From contig CAWDZM010000001.1 in NCBI GenBank assembly GCA_963807165.1, forward strand, positions 289,521 to 353,520: a stretch of DNA of 64,000 nucleotides, written 5' to 3'. The first letter of the stretch is position 1; each line of letters begins with the position of its first letter. This stretch comes from an uncultured bacterium (GTDB lineage Bacteria; Patescibacteriota; Minisyncoccia; UBA6257; 2-01-FULL-56-20). A program made the position numbers and the translations under genes. The notes below the pieces were generated by a model. It saw nothing but the letters and a program-made list of their open reading frames with translations. It was not told the DNA's origin and did no database searches. This document shows, piece after piece, positions 19,286 to 28,566 of this stretch.

Positions 19286-19756
19286 TTATTTTCTTCCGAC
19301 GACTTTTTTATTTTTCCTTTCACTCTTTAAAAACGCTTTTGTCCCTTCCAGCCATCCACTCTTGAAGTATTTTTCCGGCTTGAATGTTTTTATCGAAACC
19401 CATTCGTACTTTGTGTGATGCGACGCGAGAGCGACTCTTCCGCCCAGAAACTCTCCGTGATATCCAATGGCAAATATTCTCGCCTTCGTCGGTCCATGAG
19501 GCATCACTTCGTCTCTTTCGTGCCTCATGAACACGAACGGCTCGCCTATCTTATACTTTATCGCACCTCCAAGCTCTTCTTTTAATTTCCTTTTAATGAC
19601 CAATCCAAGTGACTTCTTAAATTCTTCATATCGTATTCGTCCGCCCGGCAAATCCCAATTTCCAAACCCATCTTTAAATATCAAAAGTTTGTCATCCTTC
19701 TTAAGGAAAACTTTTACTGCCACGTAATATAGATCTTTTGCTTTTTTCTTCATCAT
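19286..19756 (-). CDS. NUDIX hydrolase
   Basis: Nudix box [26 protein letters not shown] (Gx5Ex7REUxEExGU). Confidence 0.7.
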   Translation of the reverse strand: MMKKKAKDLYYVAVKVFLKKDDKLLIFKDGFGNWDLPGGRIRYEEFKKSLGLVIKRKLKEELGGAIKYKIGEPFVFMRHERDEVMPHGPTKARIFAIGYHGEFLGGRVALASHHTKYEWVSIKTFKPEKYFKSGWLEGTKAFLKSERKNKKVVGRK

Positions 19757-20271
19757 TGTATGGTTTTTTCTTTTTCGCCCTTACTGACTATTACTCTCGC
19801 CGGACGCAATACTTTCTCGTAGAGCCGATATCCCGGCTCTGCAACCTCCACTATTGATCCTGCGGGATACTCCGACTCAACTTCCACCATTGCCTCGGCG
19901 ATCATAGGATCAAAACCATCGCCCGGTTTTATATCTATTTTGATCAATCCTCGTTTCTTTAAAATATCCTCTATTTGTGAACGGATGATGATGATACCGT
20001 TATCGATCACGCTCTCGTTATTATTTTTTGTCATCCGAAGCGCAAGATCATAGCCGTCCAAAATAAGTATTAAGTCTTTAATAAGATCCTTGCTCCCGTA
20101 TTGCGTGATCTCTTGTAGGCGCACCGCTTCTTCTTTCTTATAATTCACAAAATCCGCCTTTGCGCGTTGCCATCCGGCAAGATATTCGTCGCGTTGGACG
20201 GTCATCTCTTCTATCTGCTCCTTAAGATCATCGATCGTCGGCTCCGGCAATTTGTTTTCTTCGTCAGCCAT
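19753..20271 (-). CDS. grpE: Nucleotide exchange factor GrpE
   Basis: Coiled-coil N-terminus and GrpE C-terminal beta domain. It sits between hrcA and dnaK. Confidence 0.85.
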   Translation of the reverse strand: MADEENKLPEPTIDDLKEQIEEMTVQRDEYLAGWQRAKADFVNYKKEEAVRLQEITQYGSKDLIKDLILILDGYDLALRMTKNNNESVIDNGIIIIRSQIEDILKKRGLIKIDIKPGDGFDPMIAEAMVEVESEYPAGSIVEVAEPGYRLYEKVLRPARVIVSKGEKEKTIQ

Positions 20272-20285
20272 AATGTTGTAAATGA

Positions 20286-20960
20286 TTAAAGATTTTTAAA
20301 AATTCGTATGACCTTTTTGTAATCCATCCGCTTGGGACCGATGGCAAAGATGGAGATCGTCGCGTCGCCTATCTGATAGTTACCGCCCACCACGGAGAGA
20401 TTGTCACTCGACGTGACCGGACTTTTCTTTCCGATGAATATTTGCGGACCGATGCCCATCTTTTCCGCCGCGCGCGGCAGGCGGTCGTCCACTTCCTCAA
20501 AATCGTGGATGACGGAACGGATGCCGTTCTGATCTTCCCAATCCAGATGGTCAATAAGATGCTGAAGCCCTGCTTTATACACCGACTCGCGCGCGAGGTC
20601 CGCGGCGACGGAGAGCAGTCCCAGCTGTGCCGAGAGCTCGTTCAAAAGATCCGGCCACGCCTGTTCTTTTAAAAGAAGATGGAGATCGTTCTGTCTCGTT
20701 GCCGCCGTGGTCGGCGCGCTCATGCCGAGCATCCGCTTGGCAAAAAATTCATAACCGCTGTTTGTCGGCACGCGTCCCGCCGAGTGGTGCGGCTGTTCCA
20801 GATAACCCTGGTCTTCGAGCTCATCAAGCTCAAGCCGGATCATCGCCGGTTTTATGCCAAACTCGTAACGATCGTATAGCAACCCGGAACTCACCGGCTC
20901 GCCGGTGTTGATGTGCTCCTGGATCGCTGCCTCCAAAATTTGTGCCGTTCGGTCAGTCAT
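20286..20960 (-). CDS. hrcA: Heat-inducible transcription repressor HrcA
   Basis: N-terminal winged-helix MTDRTAQILEAAIQEH...PVSS, and its position upstream of grpE-dnaK. Confidence 0.8.
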   Translation of the reverse strand: MTDRTAQILEAAIQEHINTGEPVSSGLLYDRYEFGIKPAMIRLELDELEDQGYLEQPHHSAGRVPTNSGYEFFAKRMLGMSAPTTAATRQNDLHLLLKEQAWPDLLNELSAQLGLLSVAADLARESVYKAGLQHLIDHLDWEDQNGIRSVIHDFEEVDDRLPRAAEKMGIGPQIFIGKKSPVTSSDNLSVVGGNYQIGDATISIFAIGPKRMDYKKVIRIFKNL

Positions 20961-20988
20961 TGTATTACGCTATCCATTTTACCCGCCG

Positions 20989-21015
20989 TTAGCAATCGAG
21001 TCAAGAGAGTGCCAG
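20989..21015. promoter_or_regulatory. CIRCE-like inverted repeat (HrcA operator) upstream of hrcA
   Basis: TTAGCAATC-N9-GAGTGCCAG against the CIRCE consensus TTAGCACTC-N9-GAGTGCTAA gives 3 mismatches. It lies in the hrcA promoter region. Confidence 0.55.
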
Positions 21016-21088
21016 TGGGCGATCGTGGCGGTAAAAAAAGGCGGTCGAATTGGATATTCGGCCGCGTGTGAGAAAAAACAAACAATCG

Positions 21089-21454
21089 TTAGGTTTCCCA
21101 AATGGGATCCTTGAAAACACTGGGGCTTCTCCACCCATTGCTTCCGTGCTTCCAACCAGCAAGCACAAAAACGGTGTCAGGAACGCATTCGGGGGTGTCC
21201 GGAAATAATATTCGGGAAACCTCCCTCTCGATCCGGTCGTCGTCCGCCTTTCCGTCGAGACGAAGCAAGAGCTGGCGCAATTCCTTGCCTGCCACAACAC
21301 CCTCGGCACAATATTCATTCCGAAAGTGACATGGGTTGTTAATATCGTGGTAGCCAGCGATGAGACCCGAAAGATGATCCGGATCTGCCTTTTTAGATCT
21401 AAGTTGCTCGAGCGCGATTGCCAGCAACTTACTTTCCGTCATAAAACCTGTCAT
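21089..21454 (-). CDS. Hypothetical protein
   Basis: 121-aa ORF with no recognised motif. Confidence 0.35.
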   Translation of the reverse strand: MTGFMTESKLLAIALEQLRSKKADPDHLSGLIAGYHDINNPCHFRNEYCAEGVVAGKELRQLLLRLDGKADDDRIEREVSRILFPDTPECVPDTVFVLAGWKHGSNGWRSPSVFKDPIWET

Positions 21455-21567
21455 TGAAAAACCTTTCTTGTTGGAGTAAACCGCTAAAAAGATTATACCA
21501 CAAACAAGATAAAAAGGAAGTCCGAAATCCTGGCGCGCGCAATATAGTGGTATGGTAAAATATCATT

Positions 21568-22449
21568 ATGGAAACTAAAAAAGGGAAAGGGGTGCAATGG
21601 GTGGACGCCGAGAAGCCGTCGGACAAGGATCTTGCGTGGCTTGGAAAGGAATATAAACTTCATCCCATCATCGTGGACGAGCTGCGCGGGCCTTCGGCGC
21701 GCGGACGCGTGGAGGCGTACAAGGATTATCTTTTTTTCATCTATTACTTCCCCGTCTATGACCACAACGACGAAGCGTCCGCGCGCACAGAGATAGACTT
21801 CATTGTTACGAAGGACAGCGTCGCGACCGTCCATTACGACGCGCTGGGCGATGCGATGAGCGGGATCAATATCACGCAGTGCGATTCGTCGCTCGCGGTG
21901 ATGTATAAGATCATAGAACATCTTATCGCTTTTCAGGAACGGCAACTGCGCCACATCCGCGAAAAAGTGGAGTTGGTCGGCAAGGATATTTTTAAAGATA
22001 AAGAGAAAGAAATTCTGGAGCGCATCACCTACGTTAAACGCGATGTCTCGGAATATCGCATCATCGTCCGCCTGCAGGAACCAATCCTCCGCTCACTCCT
22101 TGCTAAAGGAAAAAAATTCTGGGGAGATAGCGCCGAAGTCTATCTGAGCGACCTCATGGGCGACCAACTAAAAATAGTGAACCAGCTTGAGGATTATCGC
22201 GAGGCGATCTCCGACTTCGAAGACACCAACAACCAGCTGATGAACCTCAAAATCAACAGCGTGATGAAGACGTTCACATCGCTCTCGTTCCTTACCTTCC
22301 CTTTTATGCTCATCGCGGCACTCTTTAGTATGAACACGCGCGGCACGCCGATTATTGGCCTGCCTTACGCGTTCTGGATCATCCTCGGCATCATGATCGT
22401 CGGAATGGTCGCCATGACTATTTACTTTAAACGGAAAGGGTGGTTCTAA
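21568..22449 (+). CDS. corA: CorA-family Mg2+/Co2+ transporter-like protein with a variant SMN motif
   Basis: Two C-terminal TM helices are preceded by LFSMNTRG, where the canonical motif is GMN, and there is a cytoplasmic N-domain. Confidence 0.65.
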   Translation: METKKGKGVQWVDAEKPSDKDLAWLGKEYKLHPIIVDELRGPSARGRVEAYKDYLFFIYYFPVYDHNDEASARTEIDFIVTKDSVATVHYDALGDAMSGINITQCDSSLAVMYKIIEHLIAFQERQLRHIREKVELVGKDIFKDKEKEILERITYVKRDVSEYRIIVRLQEPILRSLLAKGKKFWGDSAEVYLSDLMGDQLKIVNQLEDYREAISDFEDTNNQLMNLKINSVMKTFTSLSFLTFPFMLIAALFSMNTRGTPIIGLPYAFWIILGIMIVGMVAMTIYFKRKGWF

Positions 22450-22467
22450 TCGTGTTGCTTTCAACCC

Positions 22468-23877
22468 ATGATCACGCTCTATAATACGCTCTCAAAAAAG
22501 AAAGAGCCGCTCACTCCTATTCATCCGGACTGGGTCGGTCTCTATACCTGTGGACCGACCGTCTACCACTTTGCGCACATCGGCAATCTTCGCACGTATA
22601 TCTTTGAGGATATTCTTGAACGCACACTGCGGTATGACGGATACACCGTGCGGCGCGTGATGAACATCACGGACGTCGGGCACCTGACCGGTGACACCGA
22701 CGCGGGCGATGACAAATTGCAAAACGCGGCAGAAGCCCAGAAAAAATCCGTGGAAGAGATCGCACAGTTCTATACCGACGCATTCTTTGCCGATCTCGCA
22801 AAATTGAACATTATAAAACCGGATGTCGTAGCCCCTGCAAGTGAATACGTACGAGAGCAGATCGCCATGGTTCAAATATTACTGGAAAAAGGTTTTGCCT
22901 ACGACACGCCGCAGGCAGTCTACTTCGATGTAACTAAATTCCCAAACTACGGCGCACTCTCTGGGCAATCGCTTGAGGAAAAAATGACTGGCGCGCGCGA
23001 GGAGGTCGTCGTGGACGACGACAAGCGCAATCCCGCTGACTTCGCGCTCTGGTTCAAGTTGGAAGGAAAGTTCAAAACGCACCTCCTCCACTGGGCCGCA
23101 CCGTGGGGCGAAGGATTTCCGGGATGGCACATTGAGTGCTCCGCGATCGCGCGGCACTTTCTCGGACAGCCGTTCGATATCCATGCTGGCGCTATCGATC
23201 TTGTCGGCACGCACCACACGAATGAGATCGCACAATCGGAGGGCGCGTATGATGTTCCCCTCGCCCACGTCTGGATGCACGGCGAACATCTTTTGATCGA
23301 CGGCGGCAAGATGGCAAAATCGGAGGGAAACTTTCTTACACTCACGGAACTCGCCACGAAAGGATACGATCCACTCGTCTATCGCTATCTCGTGCTCGGC
23401 GCACACTACCGTACGCGGCTGAACTTCACATGGGAAAGCTTGGATGCGGCGAAAAGCGCAATACAACATCTCTATGAAAATATTTATGTGCTCTCCCAAA
23501 GTCCAACGGATGGCGGAACGTCTCCTGAACAGTTTGAGAAGGATTTTTTAGAGGCCATCAATGATGACCTCAATACCCCTCGCGCGCTTGCGATACTCCA
23601 CGAAGTTATCGCGGCCGAAGGAAGCAGCCTATCGAACAAGAGTAAATTGGCTCTTATAAGACACTTCGACGAGGTGCTCGGCCTGGATCTTAAAGCCGCC
23701 ACGGTGATGACCACTATCGACCCTACTATCATAAAAAAAATCGAGGAATATAAGGAGTTTCGGAGTAATAAACAGTTTATCCAGTCCGACGCTTTGAGAA
23801 AAGAAATAGAAGGATTAGGATACAGTGTAAGAGATACCGCAGAAGGCGTCTCTGTCGTCAGAAAATTTTTCCCATAA
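22468..23877 (+). CDS. cysS: Cysteinyl-tRNA synthetase
   Basis: YTCGPTVY...HIGN (HIGH) and KMAKS (KMSKS) motifs, plus the C-terminal anticodon-binding domain. Confidence 0.9.
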   Translation: MITLYNTLSKKKEPLTPIHPDWVGLYTCGPTVYHFAHIGNLRTYIFEDILERTLRYDGYTVRRVMNITDVGHLTGDTDAGDDKLQNAAEAQKKSVEEIAQFYTDAFFADLAKLNIIKPDVVAPASEYVREQIAMVQILLEKGFAYDTPQAVYFDVTKFPNYGALSGQSLEEKMTGAREEVVVDDDKRNPADFALWFKLEGKFKTHLLHWAAPWGEGFPGWHIECSAIARHFLGQPFDIHAGAIDLVGTHHTNEIAQSEGAYDVPLAHVWMHGEHLLIDGGKMAKSEGNFLTLTELATKGYDPLVYRYLVLGAHYRTRLNFTWESLDAAKSAIQHLYENIYVLSQSPTDGGTSPEQFEKDFLEAINDDLNTPRALAILHEVIAAEGSSLSNKSKLALIRHFDEVLGLDLKAATVMTTIDPTIIKKIEEYKEFRSNKQFIQSDALRKEIEGLGYSVRDTAEGVSVVRKFFP

Positions 23878-23889
23878 ACCCATTAACCC

Positions 23890-25254
23890 ATGGCGATCAG
23901 CAAAAAATCACAACTCAAGCTTCCACCCCAGAACCTTGAGGCGGAACAGGCAGTACTTGGCTCCATCCTTATCGACAAGAATGCGATCTTCCGCGTGGCG
24001 GATATTTTGTTGCCTGAAGATTTTTACACACCGTCGCACGAGCGGATCTATAAAGCCATCCTCTCGTTGTACGAAAAACATCAGCCGATTGATGTGCTCA
24101 GCCTGACGAACTTCCTTAAAGAACACGAATGGCTGAAGGATGTCGGCGGCTCGGCATATCTTGCGGACCTTACGAATCACGTGTCGAGTGCATCGCACGT
24201 GCAGCACTATGCCACGAACGTAAAGGAGAAGAAGATCTTGCGCGACCTGATCCGCGCGTCGGCGGAGATCGCAGAAAATGTTTTTTCGAATGGCGGCGAA
24301 GTGGAAGATCTGCTCGACGACGTCGAACAGAAGATCCTTTCGATCTCACAAAAATCCTTGCCGCAAAACTTTACGTCGCTTAAAGATGATCTGACAACCG
24401 CGTACGAGCGCATCGCAAACCTCCATGCCGGTGGCGGAAAGTTGCGCGGCGTGCCAACCGGCTTCCCCGCGCTCGACGAATGCCTCTCCGGACTCCATAA
24501 ATCAGAGCTCGTGATCCTCGGCGCACGGCCGTCCGTTGGAAAAACGTCGTTCGCACTCGACATCGCGCGCAATGCCGGCAAGGCAGGATTCAGCGTCGGA
24601 TTATTCTCGCTCGAAATGTCGCGCGAATCGTTGCAAGACCGCATCATCTCCGCCGAGTCGCAGGTGCCGCTCTGGAACATCCTCACCGGCCGCATTCGCA
24701 ACGACAGCGAGTTCTCTATGATCCAGGAAGCGCTCGATCGCCTTTCCGCGGTAAAGATTTATATCGACGACTCGCCGTCGCTCAACGTGCTCCAGATGCG
24801 CTCCATGGCGCGACGCTTGCAAGTTGAACACGGCCTCGACCTACTCGTCGTGGACTACCTCCAGCTCATTCGCCCGCGCACGAACAGTGACAATATGGTG
24901 AATATGATTACCGAGATTTCGCGCGGACTCAAATCGCTCGCGCGCGAACTTAAAGTGCCGGTGCTCGCGCTCTCACAGCTTTCGCGCGGACTTGAACAGC
25001 GCGATCACAAAATCCCCCGCCTCTCCGACCTCCGCGACTCCGGCTCCATCGAGCAGGACGCAGACGTCGTCATGTTCCTCTACCGTGATGAGCGCAACCC
25101 GAACGATACCGCCTCCGCGGGCGACAACACCGTCCACCTCCGCGTCGCCAAGCACCGCAACGGCGCACTCAAAGACATGGACTTCTTCTTCAACGGCGAA
25201 CTCGCGAGCTTCAAGGCGATAGAGAAGAGATACGAAGAACTGCCGGCGTTATGA
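23890..25254 (+). CDS. dnaB: Replicative DNA helicase DnaB
   Basis: N-terminal DnaB domain, Walker A GARPSVGKTSFALD, Walker B LLVVDYLQL and the RecA-like C-domain. Confidence 0.9.
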   Translation: MAISKKSQLKLPPQNLEAEQAVLGSILIDKNAIFRVADILLPEDFYTPSHERIYKAILSLYEKHQPIDVLSLTNFLKEHEWLKDVGGSAYLADLTNHVSSASHVQHYATNVKEKKILRDLIRASAEIAENVFSNGGEVEDLLDDVEQKILSISQKSLPQNFTSLKDDLTTAYERIANLHAGGGKLRGVPTGFPALDECLSGLHKSELVILGARPSVGKTSFALDIARNAGKAGFSVGLFSLEMSRESLQDRIISAESQVPLWNILTGRIRNDSEFSMIQEALDRLSAVKIYIDDSPSLNVLQMRSMARRLQVEHGLDLLVVDYLQLIRPRTNSDNMVNMITEISRGLKSLARELKVPVLALSQLSRGLEQRDHKIPRLSDLRDSGSIEQDADVVMFLYRDERNPNDTASAGDNTVHLRVAKHRNGALKDMDFFFNGELASFKAIEKRYEELPAL

Positions 25255-25370
25255 GGCGCACGAATATGTCCTTCGGGGACGGGTCGCGTTCTGCTGAACG
25301 CGCCCTAACGCTCGCCGCCTACGCGGCTCCGCGATTCCCCTCAGGACATATTCGTGCGCCTCATAACGCC
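25245..25370. repeat. Copy A of the structured hairpin repeat family: perfect 27-bp basal stem enclosing a conserved two-hairpin core
   Basis: GGCGTTATGAGGCGCACGAATATGTCC ... GGACATATTCGTGCGCCTCATAACGCC is a perfect inverted repeat. The core aligns with the copies at 28.6, 52.7 and 62.8 kb. The dnaB stop codon lies inside the stem. Confidence 0.7.
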
Positions 25371-25399
25371 ATCGCTTTTTGTAATATTCCTCCATCGCG

Positions 25400-26041
25400 A
25401 TGAAATACGAGATTAGTATTCGGATCAATTTTCCGGAAGAGATCACGGGAGTACTTCGCGAAGAAAAGCAGCGCTTCATTAGCCAATATGGCAGTAGTTA
25501 TAAGTCGGAGCCGCACATCACTTTATATCTCGACAGCTACACTGCTGATGGGTATCCAAAATTATTGGAGGGTCTTCGAAATCTCCATATAAAACCATTT
25601 ACGATTTCTCTTCTCGAGCCACAGATGAGAATTGAAAACGATCGCCATCGCAATCTTTACATAATGGAAATTTCCAATGAAGATGCTCTGCGCGAATTGC
25701 AACATAAGATATCAATACTTGCCATTCCATATCGAAGTCCGTTTATTAGAGAAAAAACTCAAAAGGAACTGAAGCGGCTGGGCATTGATTCTGATGGCGT
25801 ACGTAAAAATCTAGAAAAGCTTCACGTCCCCGAAGATGCATTTGACCCCCATATCACGCTCGGTGAGATCGATTTTGATAAGCCACAGGCTGATATTACT
25901 GAATCGCGCGCAAATCTCAAATCAATGGAAGGTCGGGAAATAATCGTTTCAGACGTCACTGTTTTTTGGTATGGGAAAGAAGACGGCGACGAAAAAGCGC
26001 ATTTGATCGGAGAGGTCGCAATCCCCTTCAATCAAAACTAA
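25400..26041 (+). CDS. 2H phosphoesterase superfamily protein (LigT / 2',3'-cyclic phosphodiesterase-like)
   Basis: Two H-x-T-x motifs (PHITLY and PHITLG) about 100 aa apart, which is typical of the 2H fold. Confidence 0.6.
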   Translation: MKYEISIRINFPEEITGVLREEKQRFISQYGSSYKSEPHITLYLDSYTADGYPKLLEGLRNLHIKPFTISLLEPQMRIENDRHRNLYIMEISNEDALRELQHKISILAIPYRSPFIREKTQKELKRLGIDSDGVRKNLEKLHVPEDAFDPHITLGEIDFDKPQADITESRANLKSMEGREIIVSDVTVFWYGKEDGDEKAHLIGEVAIPFNQN

Positions 26042-26070
26042 AATCGCGGTATCATAAGAGTAATCATTCC

Positions 26071-26601
26071 ATGAAAACAATTTTTATCTACGGAGCACCC
26101 GCCGCAGGAAAACTGACGGTTGCCAATGAACTCGCAAAGCTTACCGGGTTTAGCGTGCTGCATAATCATCTTATCAACGATCTCATACAATCCGTCGAAG
26201 AGATTGGAACCCCTGAATTTTGGGCTATCGCCCGAGAATATCGTTTGGACCTTATGGAACGCGCGGCAAAAGCCAAGCGCAAAGGAATTATCCTTACCTG
26301 GATTTATGGAAAGCCAAACGATGATGCCGCGTTAAAAAAGATTGTTTTGCAAGCGAAGAAACATAATGGAAAAATTCTATTCGTGCATCTTGTCCCCGAA
26401 CGCGAGGAACTTTTTAAACGCATAAAAGGCCCATCAAGGAAAGCGTTCAGAAAGGTTAAGACTGCGAAAATGCTGCGCGTTATCATGGGGCGACGCGATA
26501 TCTTTTCCGACGTTCCTTATAAGCCTAATTTCGTTATCGACAATACCAAAGTTTCGCCTCGTAAAACAGCAAAGCTCATTCAGGAACATTATCGATTGTA
26601 A
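26071..26601 (+). CDS. P-loop NTPase/kinase (AAA_33 / polynucleotide-kinase-like small kinase)
   Basis: MKTIFIYGAPAAGKLTV Walker A at the N-terminus in a small 176-aa protein. The start was taken at 26071, not at the upstream in-frame extension. Confidence 0.55.
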   Translation: MKTIFIYGAPAAGKLTVANELAKLTGFSVLHNHLINDLIQSVEEIGTPEFWAIAREYRLDLMERAAKAKRKGIILTWIYGKPNDDAALKKIVLQAKKHNGKILFVHLVPEREELFKRIKGPSRKAFRKVKTAKMLRVIMGRRDIFSDVPYKPNFVIDNTKVSPRKTAKLIQEHYRL

Positions 26602-26606
26602 AAATC

Positions 26607-27032
26607 TTATTGCCCCTCTTTCTGATCTTTCTTTAGATCTCTTCCTAGCGCGGCAATTTTATCTTCAACAGCATAGCCCATCCCCTTATTGTCGGTTATG
26701 AGATCCTGCATCTCTTGTGCCGTGCCATATAATTTCTCCAGAGCATCACTAAGACTTCTAATGAGATCTAAATCGGCTTCCTCAAAAGGCTTTGCGACCT
26801 CTGCATTCACAAGATTTTCTTTTTCTTCTATAGAGCTATAGATCTCTTCTAAGAACACAGCAGCGCTCTCACTCACTCGATCGATTTCTTGTCGTAATTG
26901 CTCTAATTCTCTCTTTGCAGATTCTTTCGTATGCGTGAACGCCTTTTCTCTTTCAGCCAATTCTTTTTTCCAACGCTCAAACATTGTCTTTCGATCCTCC
27001 GAATTCTCGTTTGAAGACTTTAGTTGTTCCAT
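26607..27032 (-). CDS. Hypothetical coiled-coil protein
   Basis: 141 aa, E/K/L-rich with heptad-like repeats. Confidence 0.4.
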   Translation of the reverse strand: MEQLKSSNENSEDRKTMFERWKKELAEREKAFTHTKESAKRELEQLRQEIDRVSESAAVFLEEIYSSIEEKENLVNAEVAKPFEEADLDLIRSLSDALEKLYGTAQEMQDLITDNKGMGYAVEDKIAALGRDLKKDQKEGQ

Positions 27033-27122
27033 GTGTCTACTATATCACATGGAATAATTTGCTTGAATAGCGCCTCAAACCACTACTGGTTCATCAAGCC
27101 ACGGACGGGTATAATAGTGGAT

Positions 27123-27730
27123 ATGATGAAACTTCCCGACCCGGTGCAGAAGGTGGTGGATGAGCTTGCGGAACTCCCCTCCATCGGGCCGCGACAGGCG
27201 GTGCGCCTTGCGTTCTATCTGATCGGACGGCCAAAGGAGGACCTGCGCGTGCTTGCACAAAGCATTGACGCGCTCCGCTCGATCAAGATCTGCGAGCGAT
27301 GTTTCTTTATTCATCAGAACGCAGGGCACGCTGTGCGACGTCTGCGCGAACCCCGCGCGGAACCAGCGCATCATCATGGTGGTGGAAAAAGAGACCGACT
27401 ATCTTTCGCTTGAGAACACCAAAAAGTTCACGGGGCGATATTTTATCATCGGCCCGGTGCCGAAGACGGGATTCCTTGAAGCATGGCAAAAGACGCGCCT
27501 GCAAAGTTTGAAGGCATACATCACGACCTCGCTCGGCGGCGCGGCGGATGAGATCATCCTCGGGTTCAGCCCCACCACGCTAGGCGATTTCCAGGCATGG
27601 CTTATTATTGAAAGAGCTCGCGCCGCTCACCAAGCGGATCAGCCGCCTCGGGCGCGGACTGCCCACCGGCGGCGAGATCGAGTTCGCGGACGACGAAACG
27701 CTCGGCTCGGCCCTTGACCGACGGAATTAA
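27123..27730 (+). pseudogene. recR: Recombination protein RecR disrupted by two +1 frameshifts (near 27315-27330 and 27595-27612)
   Basis: Frame 0 carries the HhH N-terminus and the first CxxC (CERC). Frame +1 carries the second CxxC and the Toprim domain (GTLCDVCANPARNQRIIMVVEKETD...GRYFIIG). Frame +2 carries the conserved C-terminus (ELAPLTKRISRLGRGLPTGGEIEFADDETLGSALDRRN). Confidence 0.75.
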
Positions 27731-27903
27731 TTTGTAGTAGGATAATTCCAGTCCTCCGGTGCGCGCTCTAGGGGTCTTTCTGGGGGAGGAAGACCGCATG
27801 AGCCGCCGGAGACCGGGCGAGCAGACCTGCCCAACAAAGGCCGGCGTGTCACCTCGACGCGCCGGCCTTTCCTATTTTCAGGATTCACGATCTCCCCTTC
27901 TTT

Positions 27904-28548
27904 TTATTTCTTCTTCCACTCCACGATCTTCCCCGCTTCGATCTCACTCTTATCCGCACGACGCAACGTTCTCTCGTCGCCCTTTTTTAAAATGTGAAAA
28001 TGCTTTGAGAAGTCGAGGGCCTCGGCGATAGCAGCAAGATCACCGCGCGCCGTGATCCATTCATCGCCATGTTTTGCACCGTAGCTCAAAAGATCGAACG
28101 GCGCGGAATAACTGCGCATCGTCTTTACGCCACTGTCCAAAAAATATTCATTAAAGTACGACATCGCGAGCTCGCGCGGATCACGATAGATCGCGTCGCG
28201 GTAGCGTAACACGGCGTGGTTCGTCTTGCTCACCGCGCCCCAGCGATTCCCCTCTTTGAAGAGCGCAACGACATGATCGGCGTCGGCGTCAGTGGTTTTG
28301 AGGTCGAACAAGAATGGATGATATCCGGCGTGCCACAGCGCGGCGGCGGCAAGGAGGGCCCCTTCCATACAATGCGCCTTTCCCGTCCGCAAGACCATAA
28401 GCGGCGACGCATACGTATGCCGCCGCCCGGGGAAATTGATCTCCAGGCTATTCAAAAAATCCTGAATCGTACCCGGCGTTCGCAATTTTTTAAATATCGA
28501 AAACTCATCGGGGAATTCTTTGAGCATCGATTTCGGAAACTGCCTCAT
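27904..28548 (-). CDS. Hypothetical protein with a transglutaminase/papain-like Cys-His-Asp core
   Basis: KAHCMEGALLAAAALWHAGY followed downstream by H and D residues. Fold assignment is tentative. Confidence 0.4.
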   Translation of the reverse strand: MRQFPKSMLKEFPDEFSIFKKLRTPGTIQDFLNSLEINFPGRRHTYASPLMVLRTGKAHCMEGALLAAAALWHAGYHPFLFDLKTTDADADHVVALFKEGNRWGAVSKTNHAVLRYRDAIYRDPRELAMSYFNEYFLDSGVKTMRSYSAPFDLLSYGAKHGDEWITARGDLAAIAEALDFSKHFHILKKGDERTLRRADKSEIEAGKIVEWKKK

Positions 28549-28566
28549 TATCTAAATTGTACCACT

